Numbered from the stretch's first letter, positions 1 to 10,573 are shown. The stretch: DNA of 64,000 bases from Candidatus Cloacimonadota bacterium (GCA_030613025.1 JAUWMT010000006.1:4512-68511); one strand, 5' to 3'. Made by a program: numbers and translations. The notes: generated from the letters alone by a model not told the origin.

Positions 1-245
1 GTATAGGAAAAAGCAGCTGGATTAATGACCATGCCGTCAGCCCATTCAAAATTATTCTGAATATAATCAATAATTTCGCCTTCACTATTGCTCTGGAAAA
101 ACCGTGCTAGCCACTCCTGCTTTGTTATCCATTGATAGATAATTGAATGGAGGTCAGCCAGCGATTCTTTGCAGTAAATGCTCATTTCCGGTCTTCCCAG
201 AAAGTTAAGATTTGGTCCGTTAATGATCAGTATATTTTTGCTCAT
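1..245 (-). CDS. aroQ: 3-dehydroquinate dehydratase, type II; N-terminal 81 codons only, gene continues past the left edge
   Basis: Minus-strand ATG at 245-243 opens MSKNILIINGPNLNFLGRPE...ARFFQSNSEGEIIDYIQ...ADGMVINPAAFSY. This carries the INGPNLN, QSNxEGE and INPxA signatures of type II dehydroquinases. It is missing from the ORF track because the window edge truncates it. Confidence 0.75.
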   Translation of the reverse strand, partial: MSKNILIINGPNLNFLGRPEMSIYCKESLADLHSIIYQWITKQEWLARFFQSNSEGEIIDYIQNNFEWADGMVINPAAFSY

Positions 246-302
246 AGGGATTGACGTCAAATTGAATTCATTTTGTGTCAAGATTTTGAAGATTTGTTCT
301 TA

Positions 303-593
303 CATACCCCCAAAAAATTTTAGAGACACGACACTTCCGGATTAAATCACAGAATATTACCCATGCTAATAGTAAGAAATAGGATGTAGACATAATAGCT
401 AAAAGTACTGTCACACTGAGGTTCTCGAAGTGCGACAACCCATTCAATAGACCATTCGACAAGCTCAGGGTGACAATAGGGAAGATGGATAAAATTCAAC
501 AATTTTCCAAAGGTAATTTTCCGCAACTGATTCTCCGCAAACTCCTTATTCATGCACTATCCAGAGAATCTTCATCGAATTTTTGGGGGTATG
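303..593. mobile_element. MITE-like non-autonomous element (alternative: invertible segment)
   Basis: catacccccaaaaaatt (303-319) is the reverse complement of aatttttgggggtatg (578-593), apart from one A/T-run length difference. The identical 16-mer tttgaagatttgttct lies just outside both arms (285-300, 598-613). The interior has only implausible ORFs and a REP-like hairpin at 452-474. Confidence 0.4.
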
Positions 594-1030
594 CCTGTTT
601 GAAGATTTGTTCTATTGTTAATGCCACACCGTAGGTTCATTTGCCCCCAATGACCGCTTTTGTCTTCATTTACAATCCAACTTGTATTTATGGCTGAATA
701 TATTCAGCCCCTACAGGTTGCTTTATTCTGCGCAACGGGATAAAACCGTGTCTCTCCGCTAGCTAGCGGGTTGGTGCAGGTTCATCCTGCACGCAATAAC
801 ACACTTCAACCGATAAATCGGGGACTCCTCTTCAGTCTTCGTCTGACAAGTCGGAATACGCCGCGAAAATCAAGAGGAGATTTTCCTAATTCTCTTACGA
901 CTTGAAACCACACTGTACAACGAGCCGGATCTGCCACGGCGCAATGCAACGAAGCCGGATTTATCACTCCAGAGTGAAACATAGGAGGACCACTTTTCAT
1001 TTTTCATTTTACATTTTTCATTGCGAAGCG

Positions 1031-3385
1031 TCAGCGAAGCCGAACCATCTTCCTCACCACAGCAGTGTCCTCAAACTCCAGCGAATAAAAATACACACCG
1101 GGTGCAGTATCATTGCCATACATATCTCTGCCATCCCACACTATTTCGTTTATTGCCCAGAAATGCTCATCGGGTCCATAAAATCTTCGCACAAGCTGTC
1201 CTCGCGAATTATAAATAGATAAGGTATACTCCCGCACTCTGTCATAATCCAATGAGGTAAAAGAAATCGTTGTTTGATCTTTAAAGGGATTTGGTGAGTT
1301 TTTGAAAAAATATAAGTTATTCACCATGTTCGTGTCCGGATCAACACTGTATCCCTGCCACTCCAATGCTCCCATATCTATTCTTCCTCCATATACTCTC
1401 GGATTTCCAGCAAGATCTAACCATGGCAGAAACAATCCTGTCGTGTCCGGTGTGCCGGCATCGATGCAGGGAGAGGTATTTGATAATGCGTATGGAAAAT
1501 CCCCTGTTCCTGTAAATTGTGGATCAGCATTTATATTCCCTTCCAGCCAGTTTACAATGTTGGCATTGTTCTGATTCCAGATTCCATCTTCTCCATTTTT
1601 TATATTGCAATGATCTATATTTAGAGTGTCGACTATTCCATACCAAGTACAATCCGGTAATCGTATCTCATAATCTGTGTTATCATACATAATTGTATTT
1701 GTAATATTGACTTTTTCGCCAATTAATAATAACGTTGAGTGTGATGATGAGTTATCTGCAAATGTGCAATTTATGATATTTGTTTCACCAATTTCCCCGG
1801 CACCATCCCCGCATATCCCGATTGCTGCAACACCTGGAGTACTGTTGTTATAAAAGAGAGTGTTTTTAATATTTTTAACAACCTCACAAAATTGCCACTC
1901 TCCAATTATAAAAGTAGTAAAATCCGGTTCTTGAGTGCTGGAATTAGAAAATATACAATTCTCAATAGTAATGTAATCTGTCCCAAGAAAATAGAAATTT
2001 GAATAATTTGCATAAGAAGATGGGTATGTTCCTGTAGAATGATTGTTGTCTAATATGCAATTTCGTAATATTGCATTGTTTGTATCATGCAATATTCCCG
2101 CACATTTATCTGCTGTATTATTCCTGAATATCACATTTTCATAGAGAATATTCGCATCATATATGAAAGAAATATAACTATCAATACTTATACAATCTTC
2201 AATAATTATATTTCTAATAATGATATCATTCCCTTCCCAGATAGATAGCACTTTATTAATCTCATCATTAGAACTATGCAAAGTAAAATTTTCAATGGAA
2301 AAATTTTTCTTATTATATCTAGCACTAATAAACATTGTGACATTAGTATCATTTAATAAGATTGTATTTATATCTTCTCCAATTAGAGAGATATTAGATT
2401 TTAATCCAAGAGGGAATATCTGTCCATTTGATCCGGAATAGGTTCCTTCTGCCACAAATACAGTTTTAGGGTAAAGACTATCCGATTCGATCTTATGCAA
2501 TGCCCAGGCAATTGTTCTTAATGGTTCATCAGGACTTAAACCACTGTTATTATCATCACCATCTGTTGCAACATATAGATCATGATTTACTGTTTCTAAC
2601 CAATAATTCTGAATATCAAAAGTAAATTCACCGGTATTATGTACATTTAGGGAATATTCTGCAAAATAACCCATCGGTTCTAAGACAGTAAAAGTATCTA
2701 CAATCACATCAATATCTCCAGTATCAATACCTAACATATCGCTTCCTGCTCCTGCATAATTATTGTAGATATTACAACGATTAGTTTCGTCAAAAGTTAC
2801 ATTACTATCATATGTTATAGCAATACCACCACCGCTATTGCTGAAGTTTTTAGTAATATATACCCCAGATAGGGTTAGATTTGATCCACTAACATAAATA
2901 CCACCCCCAACTCCTCCATAATTATTAAATATCTTACAATTTATCAGATTTACAACAATTTCCTCACAATACCAGTTTAATATTAATATTCCACCACCAA
3001 CAGATGTTACATTACTATTTATATAATCACCGAATCCATTTGTTATTGAAAGTCCCCTGATAACAGCGGTTTCTTCATTATCAAGTCTGATACAACTTCC
3101 AGCTTGGTTTCCGTCAATTACAGTAGAATCAATATAACTTTCACCACCAGTTGTTAATTCCAGACTGGCAAGAGTAATGCTTTTACCGTTAAAATTTACA
3201 TTCTCATAGTAAGTTCCTGGATAGACGAGAACAGTATCTCCATTTGTTGAAGCGTCTATTCCTTCTTGAATGGTAGTGTAATTACCTACTCCGTTTACAT
3301 TAACGATAATTGTGTTTGAAAAAAGTATGGAAAATGAGAAGATGGATAGAATAAAAAATATAAATAATAATTTTATTTTTAACAT
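1031..3385 (-). CDS. secreted right-handed beta-helix (Pmp-like GGGI repeat) protein with T9SS C-terminal sorting domain
   Basis: 784-aa ORF with an N-terminal signal peptide (MLKIKLLFIFFILSIFSFSILFS) and repeated GGGI/NxxG beta-helix strands. It has an SPCIDAGTPDTTGL...DLAGNPR...GRIDMGALE module. The C-terminus NSPNPFKDQTTISF...IYNSRGQLV...GVYFYSLE...VRLR matches the T9SS type A (Por tail/FlgD-Ig-like) sorting domain. Clear paralog of 5147..7381. Confidence 0.85.
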   Translation of the reverse strand: MLKIKLLFIFFILSIFSFSILFSNTIIVNVNGVGNYTTIQEGIDASTNGDTVLVYPGTYYENVNFNGKSITLASLELTTGGESYIDSTVIDGNQAGSCIRLDNEETAVIRGLSITNGFGDYINSNVTSVGGGILILNWYCEEIVVNLINCKIFNNYGGVGGGIYVSGSNLTLSGVYITKNFSNSGGGIAITYDSNVTFDETNRCNIYNNYAGAGSDMLGIDTGDIDVIVDTFTVLEPMGYFAEYSLNVHNTGEFTFDIQNYWLETVNHDLYVATDGDDNNSGLSPDEPLRTIAWALHKIESDSLYPKTVFVAEGTYSGSNGQIFPLGLKSNISLIGEDINTILLNDTNVTMFISARYNKKNFSIENFTLHSSNDEINKVLSIWEGNDIIIRNIIIEDCISIDSYISFIYDANILYENVIFRNNTADKCAGILHDTNNAILRNCILDNNHSTGTYPSSYANYSNFYFLGTDYITIENCIFSNSSTQEPDFTTFIIGEWQFCEVVKNIKNTLFYNNSTPGVAAIGICGDGAGEIGETNIINCTFADNSSSHSTLLLIGEKVNITNTIMYDNTDYEIRLPDCTWYGIVDTLNIDHCNIKNGEDGIWNQNNANIVNWLEGNINADPQFTGTGDFPYALSNTSPCIDAGTPDTTGLFLPWLDLAGNPRVYGGRIDMGALEWQGYSVDPDTNMVNNLYFFKNSPNPFKDQTTISFTSLDYDRVREYTLSIYNSRGQLVRRFYGPDEHFWAINEIVWDGRDMYGNDTAPGVYFYSLEFEDTAVVRKMVRLR

Positions 3386-3603
3386 ATTATACCTGCCTGT
3401 TAAAAGTAAACAACGGATTTCCGTCCCCGATATCTCGAGGACAAGCTTTCACTGGAATGATAGTTGAAAGGTGATTTATTCTTAACGTGAAAATATGTAT
3501 AATAAATTGAAATCATTGATAATATACTCCAGCATTTACGTTTTGAAACCCGACTCGAATGTAAAGAATCCGAGCCGAGTTTCATTCTTTCTATTAAGTT
3601 ACA

Positions 3604-5112
3604 TTAGCGCACCAGAAGCATTTTCTTTAAGATCGTTTTATTCTTTGTGGAAAGCTGATAGAAATAAATTCCATTGGAAATACTATTTCCTGTTTCATCT
3701 TTTCCGTTCCAAATTACATTGTATATTCCTGGTGATTGCATTCCTTTCACTATTCTTTTAACTAACTGTCCTTTGATGTTATAGATAGTTATCGTTACAT
3801 CTGTTTCTTGTGGAAGTGAGTATTGAACAGTAGTCCCGATTATGTCAGGATTAAATGGATTTGGAAAATTCTGAATACTGAGATGTTTGGGTACAGTTTC
3901 ACTTTCATTAGCTTTAAAGGATACCAGGTAATAATCCTTGTTCTCATCAACTTTAATAGTCATTTTCTCCTTCAGTTTGGTTTCCGGATTATAGACAAAG
4001 TAATCCTTTATATTGAGATTGCTTCCGGTTCCTTTATTATCGTAATACAATTCAAATTCAAGTTCACCATTACAACCAATTATATAAACACAAATCTGGC
4101 TTAAAGTATCTTCAACAACTGATGCTCCCTTACATTCACCATCAACCGATACACCGATTTCATCAGGTAAATTTTCCGGATCAAATTCTACAAATATTGG
4201 CACATAATCTGCTTGTTCTGTAAATGTAAAGTAACTTGTTTCCTTTTCTTCATGTGGTGGTACACTTCCATTGTTATTCCATTGGAAATCCATCTCTTCA
4301 AAACATTTAACAATGAGCATATCTCCATATTGTACGGTTTGTTCCTCTTCTGTTTTCGGTATGATCCAGGGTGCTCCCGGCTCCATTTCCTGCATTCTCA
4401 TCTCCCAGTGCTGCATCTGTATGGAATATATATTATCCATCGCAGAACCAAAGGCATCTTCTATGGATTGGGTTTCTTCAAGAAAATAACCGATCCAGTT
4501 CTCTTCCATGTTACCCCATAAGTGTATTTCAGTATTTTTATTCTCCAGAAATCCAGAAATCTCAAGATCAACATAATCCTGCAAATCATCACTCATTTTG
4601 AATTTGTAACCCTGCGGACTGGTGAAGATGTGATTTAAATGGGTTCAATCTCCTTCTACATATTGAATATATTCCAAACCTGCACCTTGTGGATCCAAGG
4701 GTTTCCAGACAACATAGTCTAAATAAATAGGTGGATATAGAATATCATACAGCATATATTCAGCCATGTCACCTACGTAATCTTGTGAGTTTGTAACCGT
4801 ATCTATTACAGGGAAACACATCCATTTCCATCCGCGGTCTGTATTGATATCAGGCATTTCCCAGTTGTCATAGGCGTGTTTTACTGCTCTGAGTCTGCCC
4901 ATGTCCGGAGGTGTATCGTCTCCATCCCATTCAGTATTCTGGTCACCTGTATCTATGCATGGGGAAAAGTAATTATTCGCTAAAGTTATGACATAATGTG
5001 CATCTGAATATTCTTCAAAGGGTGTGTCATCCAATTGAATTTCAATCCCAAATAGTACAGTGCTTATGAAGATGAGAATTACAAAAATAATATTAAATAT
5101 CGTTTTATTCAT
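3604..5112 (-). pseudogene. T9SS cargo gene (paralog of the C-terminal half of 7449..10130) interrupted by one in-frame TGA
   Basis: ORFs 4645..5112 (signal peptide, SPCIDTG...DDTPPDMG module) and 3604..4596 (ends in NFPNPFNP...IYNIKGQLV...GIYFYQL T9SS tail) are in the same frame. Only TGA at 4647-4645 separates them. The 48 nt between them translate to THLNHIFTSPQGYKFK, which continues the homology to ...DGWHTNLTDGEFDSKQGYKVEI of the 903-aa paralog. Confidence 0.55.
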
Positions 5113-5146
5113 TTTTTATACCTTTTCCCTTTTATCTTTTCACCTT

Positions 5147-7381
5147 TCACCTTATTTTCACCATCTTCCTCACCACTGCATGTCCGTTATACTCTAATTT
5201 ATATAAATAGGCGCCTGGCGCGACCTGCCGGCCCTGCTCGTTTGTACCATCCCACACAATCTTTGTCTTTACCCAGAAATTATTCGTTCTTCCGTCGAAC
5301 CTGCGGACTAACTGCCCTTTGGCATTGTATATGGAAAGTGTGTAATCTTCTACTCTTTCGTAATCTGCTGTTATGAAAAGTATTTCCGTCTCATTTATAA
5401 AAGGATTGGGGGTATTCTGGAAAAGGTACAGGTTATGAATAAATGTAGTATCCGGCTGGTCAATACTTACCGTGTCCTGGCATTCATAAGCACCGATATC
5501 TATCCTTCCGTTGAATATTCTTGGATTACCCGCTAAATCCGTTGCGGGAAGATGCAGCCCAGTTGTGTCCGGTGTGCCGGCATCGATGCAGGGAGAGTAT
5601 TTTGTTAATTCATAACTGAAGGGATCTCCGCCGACAAAAAGCGGATCTTCGTCTATGTTTCCTTCTCCCCAGTAAACAGTGCCATTATTATTCGTATTTA
5701 TTGCATCTATCCCACCCTCGATATTGCAGTACTCGACAGAAGCAGAATTAGGCTCATCATAAGGAGCAAACCATATTTCTGTTGTAGGATCATTCCTGAG
5801 AATGGTATTGATAAGTGTTATGTGACTATTACCAACTAAGTTTATGGTACCCTCAGAACAATCCTTATTATCGACAATAGTTGAATTTATAACATACATT
5901 TGTTTATATCCCCAGAGTATGCTTATACCACTTGAAATGGGTCCACTATTTTCTGCAATTAATGTATTTATAAAAACAGGTGAACAATTGTTCGCAAAAA
6001 AACAAGCACCAAAATTACAAGTAGATGGTTCTACTACATTGCCAATGATCTTACATTTATTTAATAATAATGAAGTATTATTACATACTTGTAACGCAAC
6101 TCCATTAGTTTCAAATGTAGAGATTACTTCGACATTGTGGAATGATGAAGTACAATCTGAATATAGTTCTATTTGTGAAACTCCATCATCCATACAATTA
6201 TTATTTTTTAATATAATGTCATCGAAATGTGTTGAAGAATGAGACTCGATACTCACACCTCCATCATAGCAATTTTGTCCATTTTTTAGTGTTACATTTT
6301 TTACTAAAAGATCCGAAACGTTTCTTATTTCAAACAGATTAGCCGTCTGCTCTGCATCAAGAATGGTAAATTCTTTACCTGTACCGATGAAAGAGATATT
6401 ATCTTTCCCCCCAAGAGCAAAGAATTCACCGGTTACAGAGGGTGAATACGTGCCCTCATCAATATATATAGTATTCGGATGTGTGCTGTCCGATTGAATC
6501 ATGATAAGAGCATGGTAGATGTTCTGAAATGATTCATTCCAGTTCAATCCGCTATTTGCATTATTGCCATCAGGAGAGATATATACATCCTGATTAATCG
6601 TCTCAATTTTATGATTTTGATTGTCAACAGTAACCTCACCCTGATATAATCCACTGTCTGGTGCTGTTGCGTAAAATTTATTCGGTTCCTGAACTGTAAA
6701 AGTATCGACTATCACATGGAGTGTTCCTAATTGGTTATATATATCAGATCCATACGCAGCATAGTTGAGATATATATTGCACTTATCTGATTCTGAGAAA
6801 GAAGCATTCCCTTCACCTGAAAAATACATTCCACCACCAATCTGAGAAAAATTGTTAATAATAGTAACATTTGTAAATTGTAATGTATTCCATGAACTTG
6901 AATATATACATATTCCACCTCCGTAATCAGCTTCATTATTTTCTACTATTATGTGTGATAGATGAACCGAAATATTTGACAAGAAAAACCCTCCTCCAGC
7001 ATAGTAATTATGGTTACTAATAAAGTATCCGCTTCCATTTGTTATTGTAAAACCAAATATCTCTGCATCTGTTTCTTCATTATTTAATGTCACACAACTT
7101 CCATTATTATTGCCATCAATTATTGTACAGTTTATATAAACTTCATCTCCTGTAGTGTAATACTTACTTGCAACGGTAATGTTCTTCCCAGTGTAATCAA
7201 TATTCTCATAATAAGTTCCGGGATACACAAGAATAATATCTCCGTCTGCAGCATTATCGATCCCTTCCTGTATGCTCGTGTAGTCTCCAGTGCCGTTTAT
7301 GTCAACAATGATTGTTGATGACCAGATAGATGAAAGCGGGAGAAATGCTGTAATTAAGCAAAAGAGAAAAAAATGTTTCAT
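5147..7381 (-). CDS. secreted beta-helix (Pmp-like repeat) protein with T9SS C-terminal sorting domain
   Basis: 744-aa ORF with a signal peptide and beta-helix repeats. It has the same SPCIDAGTPDTTGLHLP..DLAGNPR..GRIDIGAYE module and an NTPNPF...IYNAKGQLV...GAYLYKLE...VKIR tail. It shares a 33-nt identical DNA stretch with 1031..3385 (gtgtccggtgtgccggcatcgatgcagggagag). Confidence 0.85.
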   Translation of the reverse strand: MKHFFLFCLITAFLPLSSIWSSTIIVDINGTGDYTSIQEGIDNAADGDIILVYPGTYYENIDYTGKNITVASKYYTTGDEVYINCTIIDGNNNGSCVTLNNEETDAEIFGFTITNGSGYFISNHNYYAGGGFFLSNISVHLSHIIVENNEADYGGGICIYSSSWNTLQFTNVTIINNFSQIGGGMYFSGEGNASFSESDKCNIYLNYAAYGSDIYNQLGTLHVIVDTFTVQEPNKFYATAPDSGLYQGEVTVDNQNHKIETINQDVYISPDGNNANSGLNWNESFQNIYHALIMIQSDSTHPNTIYIDEGTYSPSVTGEFFALGGKDNISFIGTGKEFTILDAEQTANLFEIRNVSDLLVKNVTLKNGQNCYDGGVSIESHSSTHFDDIILKNNNCMDDGVSQIELYSDCTSSFHNVEVISTFETNGVALQVCNNTSLLLNKCKIIGNVVEPSTCNFGACFFANNCSPVFINTLIAENSGPISSGISILWGYKQMYVINSTIVDNKDCSEGTINLVGNSHITLINTILRNDPTTEIWFAPYDEPNSASVEYCNIEGGIDAINTNNNGTVYWGEGNIDEDPLFVGGDPFSYELTKYSPCIDAGTPDTTGLHLPATDLAGNPRIFNGRIDIGAYECQDTVSIDQPDTTFIHNLYLFQNTPNPFINETEILFITADYERVEDYTLSIYNAKGQLVRRFDGRTNNFWVKTKIVWDGTNEQGRQVAPGAYLYKLEYNGHAVVRKMVKIR

Positions 7382-7448
7382 GGTTTACCTCTCCCCCGTG
7401 CCCCCTCTCCGAAAAATCAGAGAGGGGGTAAATGGGGGATTAATATTT

Positions 7449-10130
7449 CTATTTCATAATTAACATTTTGTGAACAGCACTCTTGTCACCCGAAATGAGT
7501 TTATAGAAATAGATGCCGTTCTTCACGTCTCTGCCATGCCTGTCACAGCAGTCCCATGTAAGTGTGTAATATCCGTTCTTAGTTCCTGAGGATATAATTC
7601 CGTTACAGTCGATCGTTTTGATCAATTGTCCTCGCAGGTTATAGATATTCAATTCCGTATGTTGTGCTTTCTGTTCCGGCATAAAGCTTATCGTTGTCGT
7701 GTTTGCCCTTACAGGATTGGGGTAATTCTGCATCAGTTGTAATTGAGGAATATAAGAATAATTATTAGTATTAAGCTGGACTGTTACAAAGTTGTTACGC
7801 TTATAGAATAATGATTGCTCTACATAAGCTTGAACTTCTTTACTATACATCACATAAGGAATTGACTGGGGTGATTGACCTTTTTGCCCTTCGAAATATA
7901 ATCTGAACTCCAATCCGTTATTTCCATTCTTCAGAGTTTCGGGTGTGTATGCAAGGATTTGAACAGGATAACCATCTGTCACTTTACTTGCACCAATACA
8001 TTGATCATCGTTATATACAGCTATCTCCGCAACGATTGTATCAGTATAGACTGTATCGATCATTATCGGCATGTAATCGAGTTCCTCGTTATACGTAAAG
8101 TAATCTGTCATTTCCTTGGTCTTTGGTGGAACAGGGGGTGATGACTCATTCCATACTAGTTCACATTCTTCATACACTTCAATTATGTACAACTCTCCCG
8201 GATTAACAGTAAGAAGACTAACTATTCCCGGAGTCGTTCCCGGCTCGGGACGTTCAACAGCCCAGTGCTCAGAATACACAGAACTCCATTCATCCCATAT
8301 CGAATCAAAAGCATCGGTAAAAGCAGCAGGTTCTTCTAAAAAACACCCGACCCAATTTTCCTGGTTTGTGAGGAGTGTTATCGGTGTGCTTACATCCTCC
8401 CATGAACCGGAGATTCCCTTTACGGGTATGTTATCGTATTGTTCTTTAATTTCTACCTTGTATCCCTGCTTGCTGTCAAATTCACCATCGGTTAAGTTCG
8501 TGTGCCAACCATCATCAAACCATACTGCATTTAAATTATTATACACGACCCGATAAAGGATGTCATCGTTTGGATATCCAGGGAATATTAATTCCTGTCG
8601 TTCAAGAACATTGAGAGCTTCCATCCAGTTGTTGGTTGTTCTGTTCAGTACGGGAAATGATATCCAGTCCACGTTATCAAACTCTTCATTATCATAGTCA
8701 TCTTTGAAGTAGTCATGTGCTATTGCCGGTAATGCCCCCATGTCTGCGGGAGTGCCGTCATCATCCTCGAATTGCTCATAAGGATGTCCGGTGTCTATGC
8801 ATGGGGAGAAGTCGGTTCCATCCCAGCCGAGTGAGTAATCATCGTTTTCGGGATCGGTAAAAACTGGATCAACATGAATACAGTTTAATTCCTGTGTCGG
8901 TGGTGAATCATAGTTACCCGAACTATTTTCAAAGAGATCTGAAAATTTAACAACCAATCGTTCTGTTCCTGTATCCCAGTAAATACCATATCCATCATTG
9001 TAAGCAATAATATTATTGTTGATACCGTAATAATATCCAGAATCTAGTAACAATATAGCAGCTCCAGGGGGATTAAGCACTTCATCAAAATCATTATCTA
9101 CAATAGTATTGTTGTCAATTATATAAGAATCTGAACTTGAATAGGATGGGCAATGTCCAATACATATGGCTGAACTTGAATATATACAAGTATTTTCATA
9201 TATAAGATTATCACAAATAGTAATTTCAGCATTGTCTGTAAGATATATTAAATTCTGTGGTTCATTGTTATAAATTCTGTTATTCGTAATCTCAATTGGA
9301 TCATCATTATAGTTCCAAGATATATCAAACTCAGCATAGATTAACGAACCTTCTCCAACTGATATAGGACCATTATCATCTTGATAATTATTATAAATTG
9401 AATTATTATCAATAGTGGGAGAATTATTTTCATCGGCGAGTATATAAATTGCAATTCCTTGACGATCTACTGTCGTAGTATATCCAAGGTAGGACATTAT
9501 TGTGTTACCATATATTGCGTTGTTTTGTATAGTAACATCACCCTTGCATGCTATCGCAACACCACCTTCGACATCAATACCTTCATTATTCCTGATTATA
9601 CAATCCTCAACAATAGTATTGCCTTCACAATATATTGCTATTCCTAAGCCATAATGATTTGGTCCAGTTGTATTGTAGAAAGTACAGTCCTCAATTATAC
9701 AGTTACTAATCGTTGGAGAGGCACCATTGTCACATAAAATTACAGCACCTTTGTTTATTCCGGAATATTGGTTAAATCCGAAATCCCTAATTGTAAATCC
9801 GTAAATCAAGTCGTCGTTATTGATTGAAGAGTCAGTTAAATTGAACGCCCTATAATAATCGCCGTAACCTTCACCTTCAATAATACAGTCATCAGGACCA
9901 TAAACCGATCTTACTGTAATGTGTTTATTTTGCCAGTGAAGATCTCGATCTTCATAGTCTGAATATACACCATCAAGAACGAAGACTACATCTCCATCTT
10001 CAGCAGCATCAATACCGTCCTGTATCGTAAGAAAATCTCCACCACCATTACAATCAACAACTATCGTATCAGCAAGACACAGTGTTACTGTGAATAGCAC
10101 TAATCCTGCTGTGCAAATTATTTTTTTCAT
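7449..10130 (-). CDS. secreted beta-helix protein with a long C-terminal extension and T9SS sorting domain
   Basis: The ORF track gives 7449..10160. The start at 10130 (MKKIICTAGLVLFTVTLCLA, preceded by agagg) is more likely. It has N-terminal beta-helix repeats, an SPCIDTGHP...DDDGTPADMG module and a YPNPVRANTTTISF...IYNLRGQLI...GIYFYKL tail. Confidence 0.85.
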   Translation of the reverse strand: MKKIICTAGLVLFTVTLCLADTIVVDCNGGGDFLTIQDGIDAAEDGDVVFVLDGVYSDYEDRDLHWQNKHITVRSVYGPDDCIIEGEGYGDYYRAFNLTDSSINNDDLIYGFTIRDFGFNQYSGINKGAVILCDNGASPTISNCIIEDCTFYNTTGPNHYGLGIAIYCEGNTIVEDCIIRNNEGIDVEGGVAIACKGDVTIQNNAIYGNTIMSYLGYTTTVDRQGIAIYILADENNSPTIDNNSIYNNYQDDNGPISVGEGSLIYAEFDISWNYNDDPIEITNNRIYNNEPQNLIYLTDNAEITICDNLIYENTCIYSSSAICIGHCPSYSSSDSYIIDNNTIVDNDFDEVLNPPGAAILLLDSGYYYGINNNIIAYNDGYGIYWDTGTERLVVKFSDLFENSSGNYDSPPTQELNCIHVDPVFTDPENDDYSLGWDGTDFSPCIDTGHPYEQFEDDDGTPADMGALPAIAHDYFKDDYDNEEFDNVDWISFPVLNRTTNNWMEALNVLERQELIFPGYPNDDILYRVVYNNLNAVWFDDGWHTNLTDGEFDSKQGYKVEIKEQYDNIPVKGISGSWEDVSTPITLLTNQENWVGCFLEEPAAFTDAFDSIWDEWSSVYSEHWAVERPEPGTTPGIVSLLTVNPGELYIIEVYEECELVWNESSPPVPPKTKEMTDYFTYNEELDYMPIMIDTVYTDTIVAEIAVYNDDQCIGASKVTDGYPVQILAYTPETLKNGNNGLEFRLYFEGQKGQSPQSIPYVMYSKEVQAYVEQSLFYKRNNFVTVQLNTNNYSYIPQLQLMQNYPNPVRANTTTISFMPEQKAQHTELNIYNLRGQLIKTIDCNGIISSGTKNGYYTLTWDCCDRHGRDVKNGIYFYKLISGDKSAVHKMLIMK

Positions 10131-10554
10131 TTTAACCTCTATAATTTTTTTAGTTAACACATTAGCTCATTTAAAAGAGTGACTAAAAATTTATCCCTCA
10201 ATTTCAAAATCAACTCATATGTTACCAATTCAATTCTCATAATCTAAATACCTCACTATGCCGGGATAAGATTAGAGATGTTTTCATAAAATAAACTTAT
10301 TTCTTTCCTTGCAATTGGTATTAAAGATGTCAATATTAAATCTCAGATATTCTACATCTCTTTGTTTATAAGAAACTAAAATTTTTCTTAATATCTTCAC
10401 TGTTTCCAAATTAAATCTTTCATCTTTTACTTGCACAATCCACCTCAGCAGTACCACTTAACGATACTTATTAATTTTACCCCGACTCATCTTTTAAGCT
10501 GAGTCGTGTTGCTGATTATCAACACTCTAAAATCTTCAACGTTTCAGGTAGTTT

Positions 10555-10573
10555 CAAAAAAAGCTCCCGCTTT
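10555..10573 (-). terminator. weak intrinsic-terminator-like hairpin directly after the receiver gene
   Basis: The minus strand reads TGA-AAAGC-GGGA-GCTTT-TTTT: a 5-bp stem, a 4-nt loop and a T run. The stem is short and A/U-rich, so support is low. Confidence 0.25.

Noticed and set aside
806-1222. ORFs 806..1000, 902..1222 and 1021..1218
   Set aside because: The first two lie in, or begin in, a hairpin-rich non-coding spacer (ggctgaatatattcagcc, gtgcaggttcatcctgcac, ctcctctt...aagaggag) and read as translated REP-like sequence. The last two overlap the 3' end of the well-supported 784-aa gene on the opposite strand.
4645-4647. TGA in the split cargo gene as selenocysteine or as genome-wide TGA reassignment
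   Set aside because: I saw no SECIS-like hairpin immediately downstream. Other genes in the window clearly terminate at TGA at the expected protein ends (for example 1033-1031, 24470-24468). A nonsense mutation or sequencing error is the simpler explanation.
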